From NCBI GenBank assembly GCA_035327585.1, contig DAOLDD010000013.1, positions 5,174-69,173 on the forward strand: a DNA stretch of 64,000 bases, given 5' to 3'. Under the pieces are notes generated by a model. That model was not told where the DNA came from, made no database searches, and saw only the letters and a program-made list of their open reading frames with translations. The stretch comes from Kiritimatiellia bacterium (lineage in GTDB: Bacteria > Verrucomicrobiota > Kiritimatiellia > CAIVKH01). Below are positions 1 to 8,487 of this stretch, in pieces. Every line of letters begins with the position of its first letter. Position 1 is the stretch's first letter. A program made the translations under genes and the position numbers.

Positions 1-607
1 CCAGGTAGCCGAATTCGTCGTGGTCGGTGACGAGGATGCGGCGCTCGCGCGGCACCGCCGCGAGTTCCGCCTGGATATCCCGATCCAGCGCGTCCAGCGC
101 CTCGCGGTACGCCTGCGCCCGCGCGCGGTACGCCTCCGCGTTCGCCGGGTCACGCGCGGCGAGGGCCGCGGCGATGTTGTCCGCCCAGAGTTGAACCCAG
201 GTGGGATCAAACCAGACATGCGGATCGTGTTCGCCGTGGTCGTGTCCGTGGTGATCGTGTTCCGCCGCGCAGCCGCGCGGGGCGCGGCCTTGCGTGGCGA
301 CGACCACGCGCCCATCCCGGGCGCCGCCCGCGGCGAGTATTTTGTCGAGGAACGTTTCCAGCCCGAGCCCGTTGGCGACCACGAGGTCCGCCTGCTGCAG
401 GCGGGCCATGTCGCGGGGCGTGGGATCGAACGCGTGCGGATCGGTTTGCAGCGGGATGAGCGAGGTGACCTCGGCGTCCGGGCCGGCCACGGCGCGCGCG
501 ACATCCGCGAGGAGCGTTGTGGTCGCCACGACCCGCGGACGCACGGACGATTCCGCGGAGGCGCCCAGCGCGAGCGCGAGCAGTGCGAGAACGGAATATT
601 GATACAT
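1..607 (-). CDS. Metal (Zn/Mn) ABC transporter substrate-binding protein, ZnuA/TroA family; 3' end outside window
   Basis: Translated by hand (not in the ORF track): MYQYSVLALLALALGASA...VVATTTLLADVARAVAG...DPHAFDPTPRD...ADLVVANGLGLE...EHDHHGHDHGEHDPHVWFDP...LVTDHDEFGYL. Shows a signal peptide, the DPH and DPHVW metal ligands and a His-rich loop. Alternative ATG at 616. Confidence 0.9.
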   Translation of the reverse strand, partial: MYQYSVLALLALALGASAESSVRPRVVATTTLLADVARAVAGPDAEVTSLIPLQTDPHAFDPTPRDMARLQQADLVVANGLGLETFLDKILAAGGARDGRVVVATQGRAPRGCAAEHDHHGHDHGEHDPHVWFDPTWVQLWADNIAAALAARDPANAEAYRARAQAYREALDALDRDIQAELAAVPRERRILVTDHDEFGYL

Positions 608-619
608 GATTCTCATTAG
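601..619 (-). promoter_or_regulatory. Candidate Fur/Zur-family operator overlapping the start of the metal-binding protein gene
   Basis: Minus strand reads CTAATGAGAATCATGTATC. The core TAATGAgAATCAT matches the Fur-box core TAATGATAATCAT at 12/13 positions, and the context is a metal-uptake gene. Confidence 0.4.
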
Positions 620-658
620 TAGGGCGCGCCGGGGCGTCAATCAAGTCCTAAATGGCGG

Positions 659-1114
659 TCAGCGCAGGCTCTCGACCAGCAGCGCGACGGCGATGCCGAG
701 CAGCAGGCCGAAGAAGACCTCGAGGCGTGTATGCCCGAGCAGTTCCGCGAGCTTGTGCGTGGAGAGGTGATGTTCCTTGAAGAGTTCCCCGACAATCTGG
801 TTCAGCAGGCGCGCCTGCTGCCCGGCCGCGCGCCGCACGCTTTGCGCGTCGAACATCACGATGATCGCGAACGCCGTGGCCACGGCGAAGACCGGCGTGT
901 CGAGCCCGGTGCGCATGCCGACCGAGGTGGCCAGCGCGCACACCGCGGCCGAATGGGCGCTCGGCATGCCGCCGGTGCTGACAAAATAGCGGAAATCGAA
1001 ATTGTGCGTCTTTCGCCAGGCGATCGTCATTTTGATCGTCTGCGCCGCCGCCCAGGCGAGTATGCCGGCCCAGATGGAGGTGTTCTGACCGAGTTGTGAC
1101 CATGCGGAATCCAT
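659..1114 (-). CDS. Divergent PAP2 / DUF212 family membrane protein
   Basis: STGGMPSAHSAAV and FAIIVMFDAQSVRRAAG...LGHTRLEV motifs typical of DUF212. Confidence 0.9.
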   Translation of the reverse strand: MDSAWSQLGQNTSIWAGILAWAAAQTIKMTIAWRKTHNFDFRYFVSTGGMPSAHSAAVCALATSVGMRTGLDTPVFAVATAFAIIVMFDAQSVRRAAGQQARLLNQIVGELFKEHHLSTHKLAELLGHTRLEVFFGLLLGIAVALLVESLR

Positions 1115-1120
1115 GGGGCG

Positions 1121-1148
1121 AGTGTAGGGCGGAGCGCGGCGATGGAAA
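1121..1148 (-). promoter_or_regulatory. Sigma70-type promoter, probably leaderless, for the DUF212 gene
   Basis: Minus strand TTTCCA-N16-TACACT, with -10 ending 6 nt before the ATG at 1114. Confidence 0.45.
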
Positions 1149-1175
1149 GCCCCAATCGCGCGGGAACCCTCGTGG

Positions 1176-1688
1176 TCAACCGGTCAGTCCGCGGGAAAGC
1201 AGGATGCCCAGCACAAGGAGCGCAAGGGAGAGCAGCAGATTGAACCGGCCGAACCCGGTCGCCATTCGCCGCAGCTTGAGGGCTTCCGGTGAACCCGGGT
1301 GGGCCCGCTGGGCGGCGCCCGCGCGAGGGCCGATGATCCAATCGTGCAGCGCGCTCAGCGACAGGAGCAGGAGAAAGAGGCCCAACTTCCACGCGAGCAT
1401 CCGGCCATAGCCCGCCTGCCAGAACGCCGGTTGCACCCATGCCTCCGGTCCGATGCCGCGCCCGATCAGGTTGCCGGCCCCGCTGAACAGCAGCACGCCC
1501 ATGCAGATCCAGCCGACGAGGCGGAACCGGATGCCGGTGACGCGGATCAACTGCGCCCGCAGGCGGGGGTCGTCCAACCCCCGCAGGCCCGGCACCAGCA
1601 CGAACACCAGGAACAACAGCCCGCCAATCCACGCCGCCGCCGCCGCCACGTGCAACACCAGCGACACCGCATACACCGTCGTATTCAT
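1176..1688 (-). CDS. CopD / DUF4149-like copper-resistance-type membrane protein
   Basis: LHVAAAAAWIGGLLFL, four hydrophobic helices, YGRMLAWKL and SALHDW. GGAGGA RBS 6 nt upstream of the ATG at 1688. Confidence 0.75.
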   Translation of the reverse strand: MNTTVYAVSLVLHVAAAAAWIGGLLFLVFVLVPGLRGLDDPRLRAQLIRVTGIRFRLVGWICMGVLLFSGAGNLIGRGIGPEAWVQPAFWQAGYGRMLAWKLGLFLLLLSLSALHDWIIGPRAGAAQRAHPGSPEALKLRRMATGFGRFNLLLSLALLVLGILLSRGLTG

Positions 1689-1750
1689 GTTCACTCCTCC
1701 CGCCTTTCAGATAACTCCGCGAATTTAATCCGAGCTATCCGCGGTCCGGA

Positions 1751-1853
1751 ATTTCACCACGGAGAACACGGAGGCACGGAGTGGATATCGCTGGGTCTCT
1801 ACCCCCAAAAGAAATTATTCCTCTCCGTGAACTTCGTGTCTCCGTGGTGAATT
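1751..1853. repeat. ~100-bp miniature inverted-repeat element built from CACGGAG units
   Basis: TTCACCACGGAGA (1753-1765) pairs with TCTCCGTGGTGAA (1839-1851). Left arm has CACGGAG at 1758, 1767 and 1775; right arm has degenerate inverse units. Confidence 0.8.
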
Positions 1854-1911
1854 TTCTTCTCCCCGCCAAATCCCGCTTGACGGGGCGGGGGAATGGCGGT
1901 AAAGCTAAAAG

Positions 1912-1927
1912 CAGACTAAATAGTCTG
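1912..1927. promoter_or_regulatory. Palindromic operator candidate upstream of the Rrf2 gene
   Basis: CAGACTA-AA-TAGTCTG is a perfect 7-2-7 palindrome 7 nt before the ATG, just downstream of TTGACG-N17-TAAAGC (1877-1905). Confidence 0.7.
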
Positions 1928-1934
1928 AATTCAA

Positions 1935-2372
1935 ATGTCCATCTTATCCACACGTTGCATTTATGCCCTGCGCGCCGTCATGCACACCGCGATGGCGACG
2001 CGGGAGAAACCGTACGTCTCGATCCGGGCGATGGCGAAGGAACTGGATATGCCGTTCCATTTCCTGACGAAGGTGTTGCAGGATCTGACGCGGCACGGGC
2101 TGCTGACCTCCAGCCGCGGCGTGGCGGGCGGCGTGGCGCTGGCGCGCCGGCCCGAGGACATCTCGCTGCTGTCCATCGTCGAACTGATGGAGGGCCCGGA
2201 GGTCTTCACCCGCTGCCTGCTCGGCCTGGAGGGCTGTGGCGACCGGAAGCCGTGCCCCCTGCACAAGAAATGGGCGGCGGAACGCAAGCGCCTGCGCGCG
2301 CTGTTCGCCCGCACCCGCCTGTCCGACATCACCCGCGGCCTGATGGCCCAAACCCTGCGCCTGGCGAACTAA
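1935..2372 (+). CDS. Rrf2-family transcriptional regulator with three Cys (Fe-S type)
   Basis: N-terminal wHTH ([23 protein letters not shown]...[13 protein letters not shown]) and C-terminal [17 protein letters not shown]. Confidence 0.92.
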   Translation: MSILSTRCIYALRAVMHTAMATREKPYVSIRAMAKELDMPFHFLTKVLQDLTRHGLLTSSRGVAGGVALARRPEDISLLSIVELMEGPEVFTRCLLGLEGCGDRKPCPLHKKWAAERKRLRALFARTRLSDITRGLMAQTLRLAN

Positions 2373-2410
2373 TTCCATGTGCACATCCATCGCCAACCCG
2401 CTTCGCGTAA

Positions 2411-2433
2411 ATTCAGACAATAAAGTCTTTATT
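2411..2433. promoter_or_regulatory. Second copy of the AGAC-N6-GTCT operator upstream of nirK
   Basis: AATTC-AGAC-AATAAA-GTCT-TTATT has the same core and spacing as AGAC-TAAATA-GTCT-GAATT at 1913-1931. Confidence 0.6.
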
Positions 2434-2472
2434 CATTCATCGCCGATCGACAGCCACACGAGGAGAGCCGCC

Positions 2473-3945
2473 ATGAACCACACGACCACCCGAATTGGAA
2501 TCCGACTGCTGGCCGCGCTGGGCCTGTTCGCCCTGCCATGCGCGACCGCGCCTGCCGCGAAGGCGCCCGACCTGCCGCGTGAGGAGGCGGTGCTCACGGC
2601 TGCACCGCGGGTGCCGCCGCCCATCGCGCGACGCACGCCGGCGCACGTGGTGGTGAACCTGGAGGTGAAGGAGTTGGTGGGTCGCCTCGCGGACGGCGTG
2701 GAATACACCTTCTGGACCTTCGGCGGCACGGTGCCGGGACCCTTCATCCGCGTGCGCGAGGGCGACCATGTGGAGTTTTACCTGCACAATCATCCGGACA
2801 ACAAACTGCCGCACAACATCGACCTGCACGCGGTGACCGGGCCGGGCGGCGGCGCGGCGGCGTCCTTCACCGCGCCGGGGCACAGCTCCAAATTCAGCTT
2901 CAAGCCGATCAACCCCGGTCTCTACGTCTACCACTGCGCGACCGCGCCGGTGGGCATGCACATCGCGAACGGCATGTACGGCCTCATACTCATTGAGCCG
3001 GAATACGGCTATCCGCCCGTGGACCGGGAGTATTACGTAATGCAGAGCGAGTTCTACACGGAGGGCCAGTTCGGCGAACCGGGCCTCCAGACATTCTCGA
3101 TGAACAAGGCGCTGGACGAGCGGCCTGACTACGTGGTCTTCAACGGCGCCGTGGACGCACTGGCGGGCGACAACGCGATCCTCGCGCGCACCGGCGAGAC
3201 GGTGCGCCTCTACGTGGGCAACGGCGGGCCGAATCTGATCTCCTCGTTCCACGTCATCGGCGAGGTGTTTGACACGGTGTACATCGAGGGCGGCGACCGC
3301 GTGAACCACAACATCCAGACGACGCTGGTCCCGGCGGGCGGTTCGGCGATCGTCGACTTCAAATGCGAGGCGCCCGGCACGCTGGTCCTGGTGGATCACT
3401 CGATCTTTCGCGCCTTCAACAAAGGCGCGCTGGGCATGTTGAAGGTGGAGGGCGAGGCGAACCTGGAGATCTTCAGCGGCAAGCAGATGGATTCCGTCTA
3501 CCAGCCGGAAGGCCGCGCCCCGCCGAGCGAGGTGGCCGCGCCCGTCGCCGATCCGGGCCGTGAAATCACGCTGGCGGAACAGATGGCCGCGGGCGAGCGC
3601 GTCTACAAGCAGACCTGCCTTGCCTGCCACCAGGCCACCGGCCAGGGCATTCCCGGCGTCTTCCCGCCGCTGGCGAAGGCGGATTATCTCAACGCGGACC
3701 CGGACCGCGCCGCGGCCTATGTGATCTTCGGCAAACAAGGTCCCATCACCGTCAACGGCGTGCAGTACAACCAGATCATGACGCCGCAGACCGTCTCCGA
3801 CCAGCAGGTCGCCGACGTGCTGACGTATGTGTTGAACACCTGGGGCAATAAAGGCGGACGGATGACGCTCGACCGCGTGAAGGAAATCCGCGACGGCGGC
3901 CCCGAACCCTACGGCGCCGGCCTCGGCCCTGGCGGAGGGCACTGA
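2473..3945 (+). CDS. nirK: Copper-containing nitrite reductase with fused C-terminal cytochrome c
   Basis: Type-1/type-2 Cu ligands [28 protein letters not shown] and DHS; C-terminal CLACH heme motif. AGGAG RBS at 2461 favours ATG 2473 over the track start at 2377. Confidence 0.95.
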   Translation: MNHTTTRIGIRLLAALGLFALPCATAPAAKAPDLPREEAVLTAAPRVPPPIARRTPAHVVVNLEVKELVGRLADGVEYTFWTFGGTVPGPFIRVREGDHVEFYLHNHPDNKLPHNIDLHAVTGPGGGAAASFTAPGHSSKFSFKPINPGLYVYHCATAPVGMHIANGMYGLILIEPEYGYPPVDREYYVMQSEFYTEGQFGEPGLQTFSMNKALDERPDYVVFNGAVDALAGDNAILARTGETVRLYVGNGGPNLISSFHVIGEVFDTVYIEGGDRVNHNIQTTLVPAGGSAIVDFKCEAPGTLVLVDHSIFRAFNKGALGMLKVEGEANLEIFSGKQMDSVYQPEGRAPPSEVAAPVADPGREITLAEQMAAGERVYKQTCLACHQATGQGIPGVFPPLAKADYLNADPDRAAAYVIFGKQGPITVNGVQYNQIMTPQTVSDQQVADVLTYVLNTWGNKGGRMTLDRVKEIRDGGPEPYGAGLGPGGGH

Positions 3946-4013
3946 TCGGTGCGGTGAAATGAAATTTCTTCCAACCACCCGCTGCGCCCCCACCCCCGCC
4001 GGACAGGCGGGCT

Positions 4014-4080
4014 GTAGTTCCGGCGCTCCGTCGCCGGAATCCCCGGCCCGGGAACTCCGGCGGCAGAGCGCCGGAGCTAC
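4014..4080. repeat. GTAG-type REP doublet (REPIN-like), family A
   Basis: GTAG-TTCCGGCG-CTCCGT-CGCCGGAA, then a spacer, then the inverted copy CTCCGGCG-GCAGAG-CGCCGGAG-CTAC. Confidence 0.85.
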
Positions 4081-4118
4081 AACGCCCCGCCCGCGTAATC
4101 CGCGCTTAAGAAAAAGAG

Positions 4119-4150
4119 ACCGCAGATGACACAGATATCACAGATGAAAT
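4119..4150 (+). repeat. 9-nt-period C(G/A)CAGAT array (single arm)
   Basis: CGCAGAT 4121, CACAGAT 4130 and CACAGAT 4139; overlaps the start of the next gene. Confidence 0.7.
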
Positions 4151-4929
4151 TTCGTTGGCGCATGCGCTGCATGGTCCTGCTGGCGGCCGTTTGCGCGGGG
4201 GGGGCTCGGGCGGAGTTCGTCCGCGTCGATGCGGGCGTGCACCAACCGCTGTTTAGCAACGAGGCGGCGCAGCCGGTGGCGGCGTTCTGGCTCGCCGACG
4301 CGCCGGTGACGAATGGCGAATTCCTGGAGTTCGTGCGTGCGGAGCCGCGCTGGCGCCGCTCGCGCGCCGGACGCCTGTTCGTCGACGAACGCTATCTCTC
4401 GCATTGGGCCGACGATCTTTTCCTGGGGACCAATGCACCAGTGGACCATCCGGTGACCCATGTGTCCTGGTTCGCCGCGCGCGCCTACGCCCGATGGAAC
4501 GGCGCGCGGCTGCCCACGCTCGCGGAGTGGGAATGGGCGGCGGCGGCGAGCGAGACGAGCAGCGACGGCCGCAGCGACACCAATTTCCTGCCGCGCATCC
4601 TGAACTGGTACAGCCGCCCCGCGAGCACCGGCACACGGCCTGTGCGCAACACGTTCCGCAACGTCTGGGGCGCGTGGGACCTGCACGGGCTGGTGTGGGA
4701 GTGGGTGGAGGATTTTAATACCGCGCTGGTTACCGGTGAATCGCGGGCGGATTCCGCGCTGGAGCGACCGCAATTCTGCGGCGGCGGCGCGGCGGGCGCG
4801 GCCGATGTCGGAAACTATGCCGCCTTCATGCGCTACGCCTTCCGCGGCAGCTTGCATGCCCGCTCCACCGCCTCGTCCCTCGGCTTCCGCTGCGCGCGGG
4901 ACGCGGATACCGGGGAATCCATGCCATGA
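4144..4929 (+). CDS. Formylglycine-generating-enzyme (SUMF1/FGE-sulfatase) domain protein, NirV-like
   Basis: PVTNGEFLEFV, HPVTHVSWFAARAYA, RLPTLAEWEWAA, DLHGLVWEWV and GFRCA motifs; signal peptide; lies directly after nirK. Start uncertain (4126, 4144 or 4162). Confidence 0.88.
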   Translation: MKFRWRMRCMVLLAAVCAGGARAEFVRVDAGVHQPLFSNEAAQPVAAFWLADAPVTNGEFLEFVRAEPRWRRSRAGRLFVDERYLSHWADDLFLGTNAPVDHPVTHVSWFAARAYARWNGARLPTLAEWEWAAAASETSSDGRSDTNFLPRILNWYSRPASTGTRPVRNTFRNVWGAWDLHGLVWEWVEDFNTALVTGESRADSALERPQFCGGGAAGAADVGNYAAFMRYAFRGSLHARSTASSLGFRCARDADTGESMP

Positions 4930-5588
4930 ACACGCGCCCTGTAGACGCGCGCGTTGAGCGCGTTGTCCCAACGCGCCGCGGCGGCTTGGGCCAAGCCGCC
5001 CTACCTTTGCTGTGCTGCGTGTGGGCGCTTCTCGCGTTATGTGCGCACGCCGACTCCTGCTGCGCGTCGAAACCGGCGCCCGCGTCGGAAGAGGAAGCGC
5101 TGCCACTGGATTCGGTCTATCAGCTTGAATCGACCTGGACCAACAGCACTGGCGCGGCGCGGCCGATGGGCGACTTGCGCGGACCGCATCGCATCGTTGT
5201 CATGTTCTACGCCTCGTGCACATATGCGTGTCCAATGCTGGTGGCGGACCTGAAGAAAATCGAGGCGCGCCTGCCCGCGAAGCCCGGGGTGGTGTTCACG
5301 CTGTTTTCCTTCGACGACGAACGCGACACGCCGGCCGCGCTGGCGGCCTTCGCGGAGCGGCAGGGCATCGGCGCGCCGGGCTGGGAGCTGCTGACCGGCC
5401 CGCGTGAGGCGGCGCGCGAAATGGCTGCGGTGCTCGGCGTGCGCTATCGCAAGGAGTCCGGCGGCGCGATCGCGCATTCCAACGAAATTTCGCTGCTTGA
5501 TGGCGAGGGCCGCATCGTCGCGCGGCTCAAGGGATTGAACGAAGATCCGCAACCAATCCTGGAGGCATTGGCGCGCAGCGATGATTGA
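4926..5588 (+). CDS. SCO1/SenC family copper chaperone
   Basis: FYASCTYACP (CxxxC) and the conserved His in IAHSNEISLLD; ATGA overlap with the upstream gene. Confidence 0.92.
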   Translation: MNTRPVDARVERVVPTRRGGLGQAALPLLCCVWALLALCAHADSCCASKPAPASEEEALPLDSVYQLESTWTNSTGAARPMGDLRGPHRIVVMFYASCTYACPMLVADLKKIEARLPAKPGVVFTLFSFDDERDTPAALAAFAERQGIGAPGWELLTGPREAAREMAAVLGVRYRKESGGAIAHSNEISLLDGEGRIVARLKGLNEDPQPILEALARSDD

Positions 5589-5973
5589 ACCCGACCCCCG
5601 ACCTCTCGTGTATTCCTGCTCCGGTTGCTCCAGTGTGGCGCAGCTTGCGAATCGTATCGCCGTGAACCTCGACCGCGCGGGCCGCGCGGAAATGTCCTGC
5701 ATCGCGGGCGTGGGCGGCGGCGTGCGTTCGCTGGTCAAGACCGCGCAGTCGGGACGGCCGATCATCGCCCTCGACGGGTGTGCGCTGCAATGCACGCTCC
5801 ACTGCCTGCAGCGGGTGGGCGTGACGCCGCACACGCATCTGATCCTCACGACCTACGGCATCGCCAAGCGCGCGCATGAGGACGCGTCCTCCGAAGCGGT
5901 GGAGGCCATCGAAGCCGAAGTGACCGCCGATCTCGAAGCGCGCGGCCTGCTGATTCAGGAGGCGCCCGTATGA
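5581..5973 (+). CDS. Putative zinc-binding protein, DGC domain
   Basis: YSCSGCSSVAQLAN...MSCIAGVGG...IALDGCALQC. Confidence 0.85.
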   Translation: MIEPDPRPLVYSCSGCSSVAQLANRIAVNLDRAGRAEMSCIAGVGGGVRSLVKTAQSGRPIIALDGCALQCTLHCLQRVGVTPHTHLILTTYGIAKRAHEDASSEAVEAIEAEVTADLEARGLLIQEAPV

Positions 5974-7160
5974 ACGCCCCGGCACGGGTGCGCTGGCGCG
6001 ATGCGGAACCGTACCGCCTGCTGTTTCTGCTCGGCGCGTGGCTGGGCGTCGCGGCGGTGGCACTGTGGCCGCTGTTCGTTTACGGGGCGATCAAGACGTA
6101 TCCGGGCGTCGCCCATGCGCGGGTGATGATCGAGGGGTTCGCCGCGTGTTTTGTGCTCGGCTTCCTCGGCACCGCGCTGCCGCACATGCTGGAGGCGCCC
6201 CGGTTTACGTTCGCCGAGGTATTGGTTCTTCTCGCGGGCCTGTTCGGCGCGAGCGCGCTGCATTTCGCGGCGCTGCACCCGGCGGGCGACATGGTATTCG
6301 CGGCGACGCTGTTGTTCTTCATCGCGGGCGCGGGATGGCGCGCGGCGCGTCGGAAGGATCGCCCTCCGCCGGGGCTGTTCGCCGTGCTGCTCGGTTTGTT
6401 GTGCGCGGTGTGCGGCGCGCTGGCACAGGCGTTGTATCCGTGGACGAATCTTCCGCCGTTCGTGCATCCGTTCAGCAAGTTGTTGCTTTACCAGGGATTC
6501 CTGTTGCTGCCGGTGCTGGGCGTGGGCGCGTACATCCTGCCGGTATTCGTCGGCTATCCGCGCCGCCAGTCGCCGGTGGCGTTGGCGCAGGCGCCGCGCG
6601 CGTGGGAGCGGGAGGCCGCAGCGCTTGTATTGTTCGCGGTGGGCCTGCTGGCGAGCTTCGCGATGGAGGCGCTGGGTCAGGCGCGCGGCGGGTATGCCGT
6701 CCGGCTCGCGCTGCTCTGCGCGTTCCTGTTCCGTTCGCTGCCGGTGCACCGGCGACAGCAGAATCCCGGCGCCATGGCGTGGATCACGCGGCTGGCGCTG
6801 CTGGCGTTGCCGGTCGGCTATGCCTGTCTCGCCGCGTGGCCGTCCGCGCCGCTCGCGTGGCTGCACATTGTGTTCATCAGCGGACTCGGCTGGTTGATCC
6901 TCTCGGTCGCGACCCGCGTCATCGTTGCGCACGGCGGGTTCCAGCACCTCTTCGGCGCGCGCTGGCCGATGCTCTGGTGGGTCTTCGGCCTCGTGACGCT
7001 GGCGATGGCGACGCGCGTATCGGCGGACTGGATGCCGGACAGCCGGTTCAACCACTACGCCTACGCCGCGCTGAGCTGGATCGCCGGCGTCCTGCTCTGG
7101 CTGGGCGCGATGCGGCGGTTCCTGTTCGCCGCCGATCCGGCGGCTTCCGGCCCCAGGTAG
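5970..7160 (+). CDS. nnrS: NnrS family membrane protein
   Basis: EPYRLLF...HARVMIEGF...GFLGTALP...LHIVFISGLG...TRVIVAHGG; about 12 hydrophobic segments; lies in the nirK cluster. Confidence 0.88.
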   Translation: MNAPARVRWRDAEPYRLLFLLGAWLGVAAVALWPLFVYGAIKTYPGVAHARVMIEGFAACFVLGFLGTALPHMLEAPRFTFAEVLVLLAGLFGASALHFAALHPAGDMVFAATLLFFIAGAGWRAARRKDRPPPGLFAVLLGLLCAVCGALAQALYPWTNLPPFVHPFSKLLLYQGFLLLPVLGVGAYILPVFVGYPRRQSPVALAQAPRAWEREAAALVLFAVGLLASFAMEALGQARGGYAVRLALLCAFLFRSLPVHRRQQNPGAMAWITRLALLALPVGYACLAAWPSAPLAWLHIVFISGLGWLILSVATRVIVAHGGFQHLFGARWPMLWWVFGLVTLAMATRVSADWMPDSRFNHYAYAALSWIAGVLLWLGAMRRFLFAADPAASGPR

Positions 7161-8477
7161 CTATGCGGACGCCGGGCCGATAAGCGGAAAGGCGCGGCCC
7201 AGGATGGGGGCACTCGGCGCGGCGAGGTGGCCTTCGAGCAGCGTGGCGTAGACCGAGCGGAAATCGATGGCGTGCCGCAGGTCGCCCCGGTCAAGTTGCC
7301 CTGGTTCGAGGCTGGGCATCGCGCCGTGCAGGCCGGCGGGGAAACGGCCGCCCGCGATGAAAACCGGTGCGGCGGCGCCGTGGTCCGTGCCGTTGCTCGC
7401 GTTCTCGGCGACCCGGCGGCCGAATTCGCTGAACCCGAGCACCGCGACGCGCTGGTGGTTGCCCTGCGCCTTCATCTCGTCCATGAACGCCTTCATCGCA
7501 TCGCCGAACTCGCGCAGCAGGCGCTCATGCGACCCGAGCTGGTTCGCGTGCGTGTCGAAGCCGCCGTGCGACACGTAGTACACGCGGGTCGGCATGCCGC
7601 CGCCGATGAGTTTGGCGATGAGTTCCATGTCGCGGCCCACCTTGGAACCGGGGAACGTGGTTTTCGTCGCCGTATTGGACAATTTGCGGATGCGGTCGGA
7701 GCTGACCTGCGCGTCGAGCGCGGTGCGCTCGAGAAAGTCGATGGGGCGCTCCTCCCGATGGCGGTTGTTGTGCCCGCCCGCAAGCGAGTCGATGGAGCCG
7801 CCGGCGGCGCCATCCGACATATTGTTCATGCGCTGGAAGAGTTCCTCGTCCTGCTCATTCATTCCGCCTGGCAGGCGGCGGAACTGGCGGGGCGAGGCGA
7901 ACGTCACGCCCTTGGGATGCTGCGCGGTGAAGGACTGCGGCGCTTCGTTGCCGAAGGCCACGCCCGCGGAGGCGTCGAGCCCCGCGCACTGGTTGTCGAA
8001 GAAGCGGCCAATCCAGCCGTACAGCTCCGCCCGGTTCGCGTCGCTCGCCGTTTGCCAGATTTCCATCGAGCGGAAATGCGAACGATTGGGGTTGGGATAG
8101 CCGACGCCCTGCACGATCGAGAGGAGGCCGTCGTCGTACAGGCTCTTGAGTCCCGGGAGCGAGGGGTGCAGGCCGACGCCGTCCGCGAGGCGAAGCGCGG
8201 CGTCCTTCGCGATGGCCAGGTGCGGCCGCGCTTCATAATAAAAATCGTTTTCCACCGGGATCACCGTGTTCAGCCCATCATTTCCGCCGGCGAGCTGGAG
8301 CACGACGAGGATCGTGCCGTCCTTCCCGTTCGCGACCGGCAGTGCGGCGTCGGCGGCATGCGCGGTGAGCGAGCTGATGGTCGCGTGCAGGAAACCCGGC
8401 ACCGTCCACGAGACCGCGCCGCCGAGCAGCGTGGTGCGGAGGAACTCACGGCGGGAACGAAAGAGGGGAGCATCCAT
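7161..8477 (-). CDS. DUF1501 family protein with Tat signal
   Basis: SRREFL twin-arginine motif; VVLQLAGGNDGLNTVIP, NRSHFRS, GFDTHANQ, SEFGRRV and GTDHG. Confidence 0.92.
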   Translation of the reverse strand: MDAPLFRSRREFLRTTLLGGAVSWTVPGFLHATISSLTAHAADAALPVANGKDGTILVVLQLAGGNDGLNTVIPVENDFYYEARPHLAIAKDAALRLADGVGLHPSLPGLKSLYDDGLLSIVQGVGYPNPNRSHFRSMEIWQTASDANRAELYGWIGRFFDNQCAGLDASAGVAFGNEAPQSFTAQHPKGVTFASPRQFRRLPGGMNEQDEELFQRMNNMSDGAAGGSIDSLAGGHNNRHREERPIDFLERTALDAQVSSDRIRKLSNTATKTTFPGSKVGRDMELIAKLIGGGMPTRVYYVSHGGFDTHANQLGSHERLLREFGDAMKAFMDEMKAQGNHQRVAVLGFSEFGRRVAENASNGTDHGAAAPVFIAGGRFPAGLHGAMPSLEPGQLDRGDLRHAIDFRSVYATLLEGHLAAPSAPILGRAFPLIGPASA

Positions 8478-8487
8478 GGTGGTTTCC

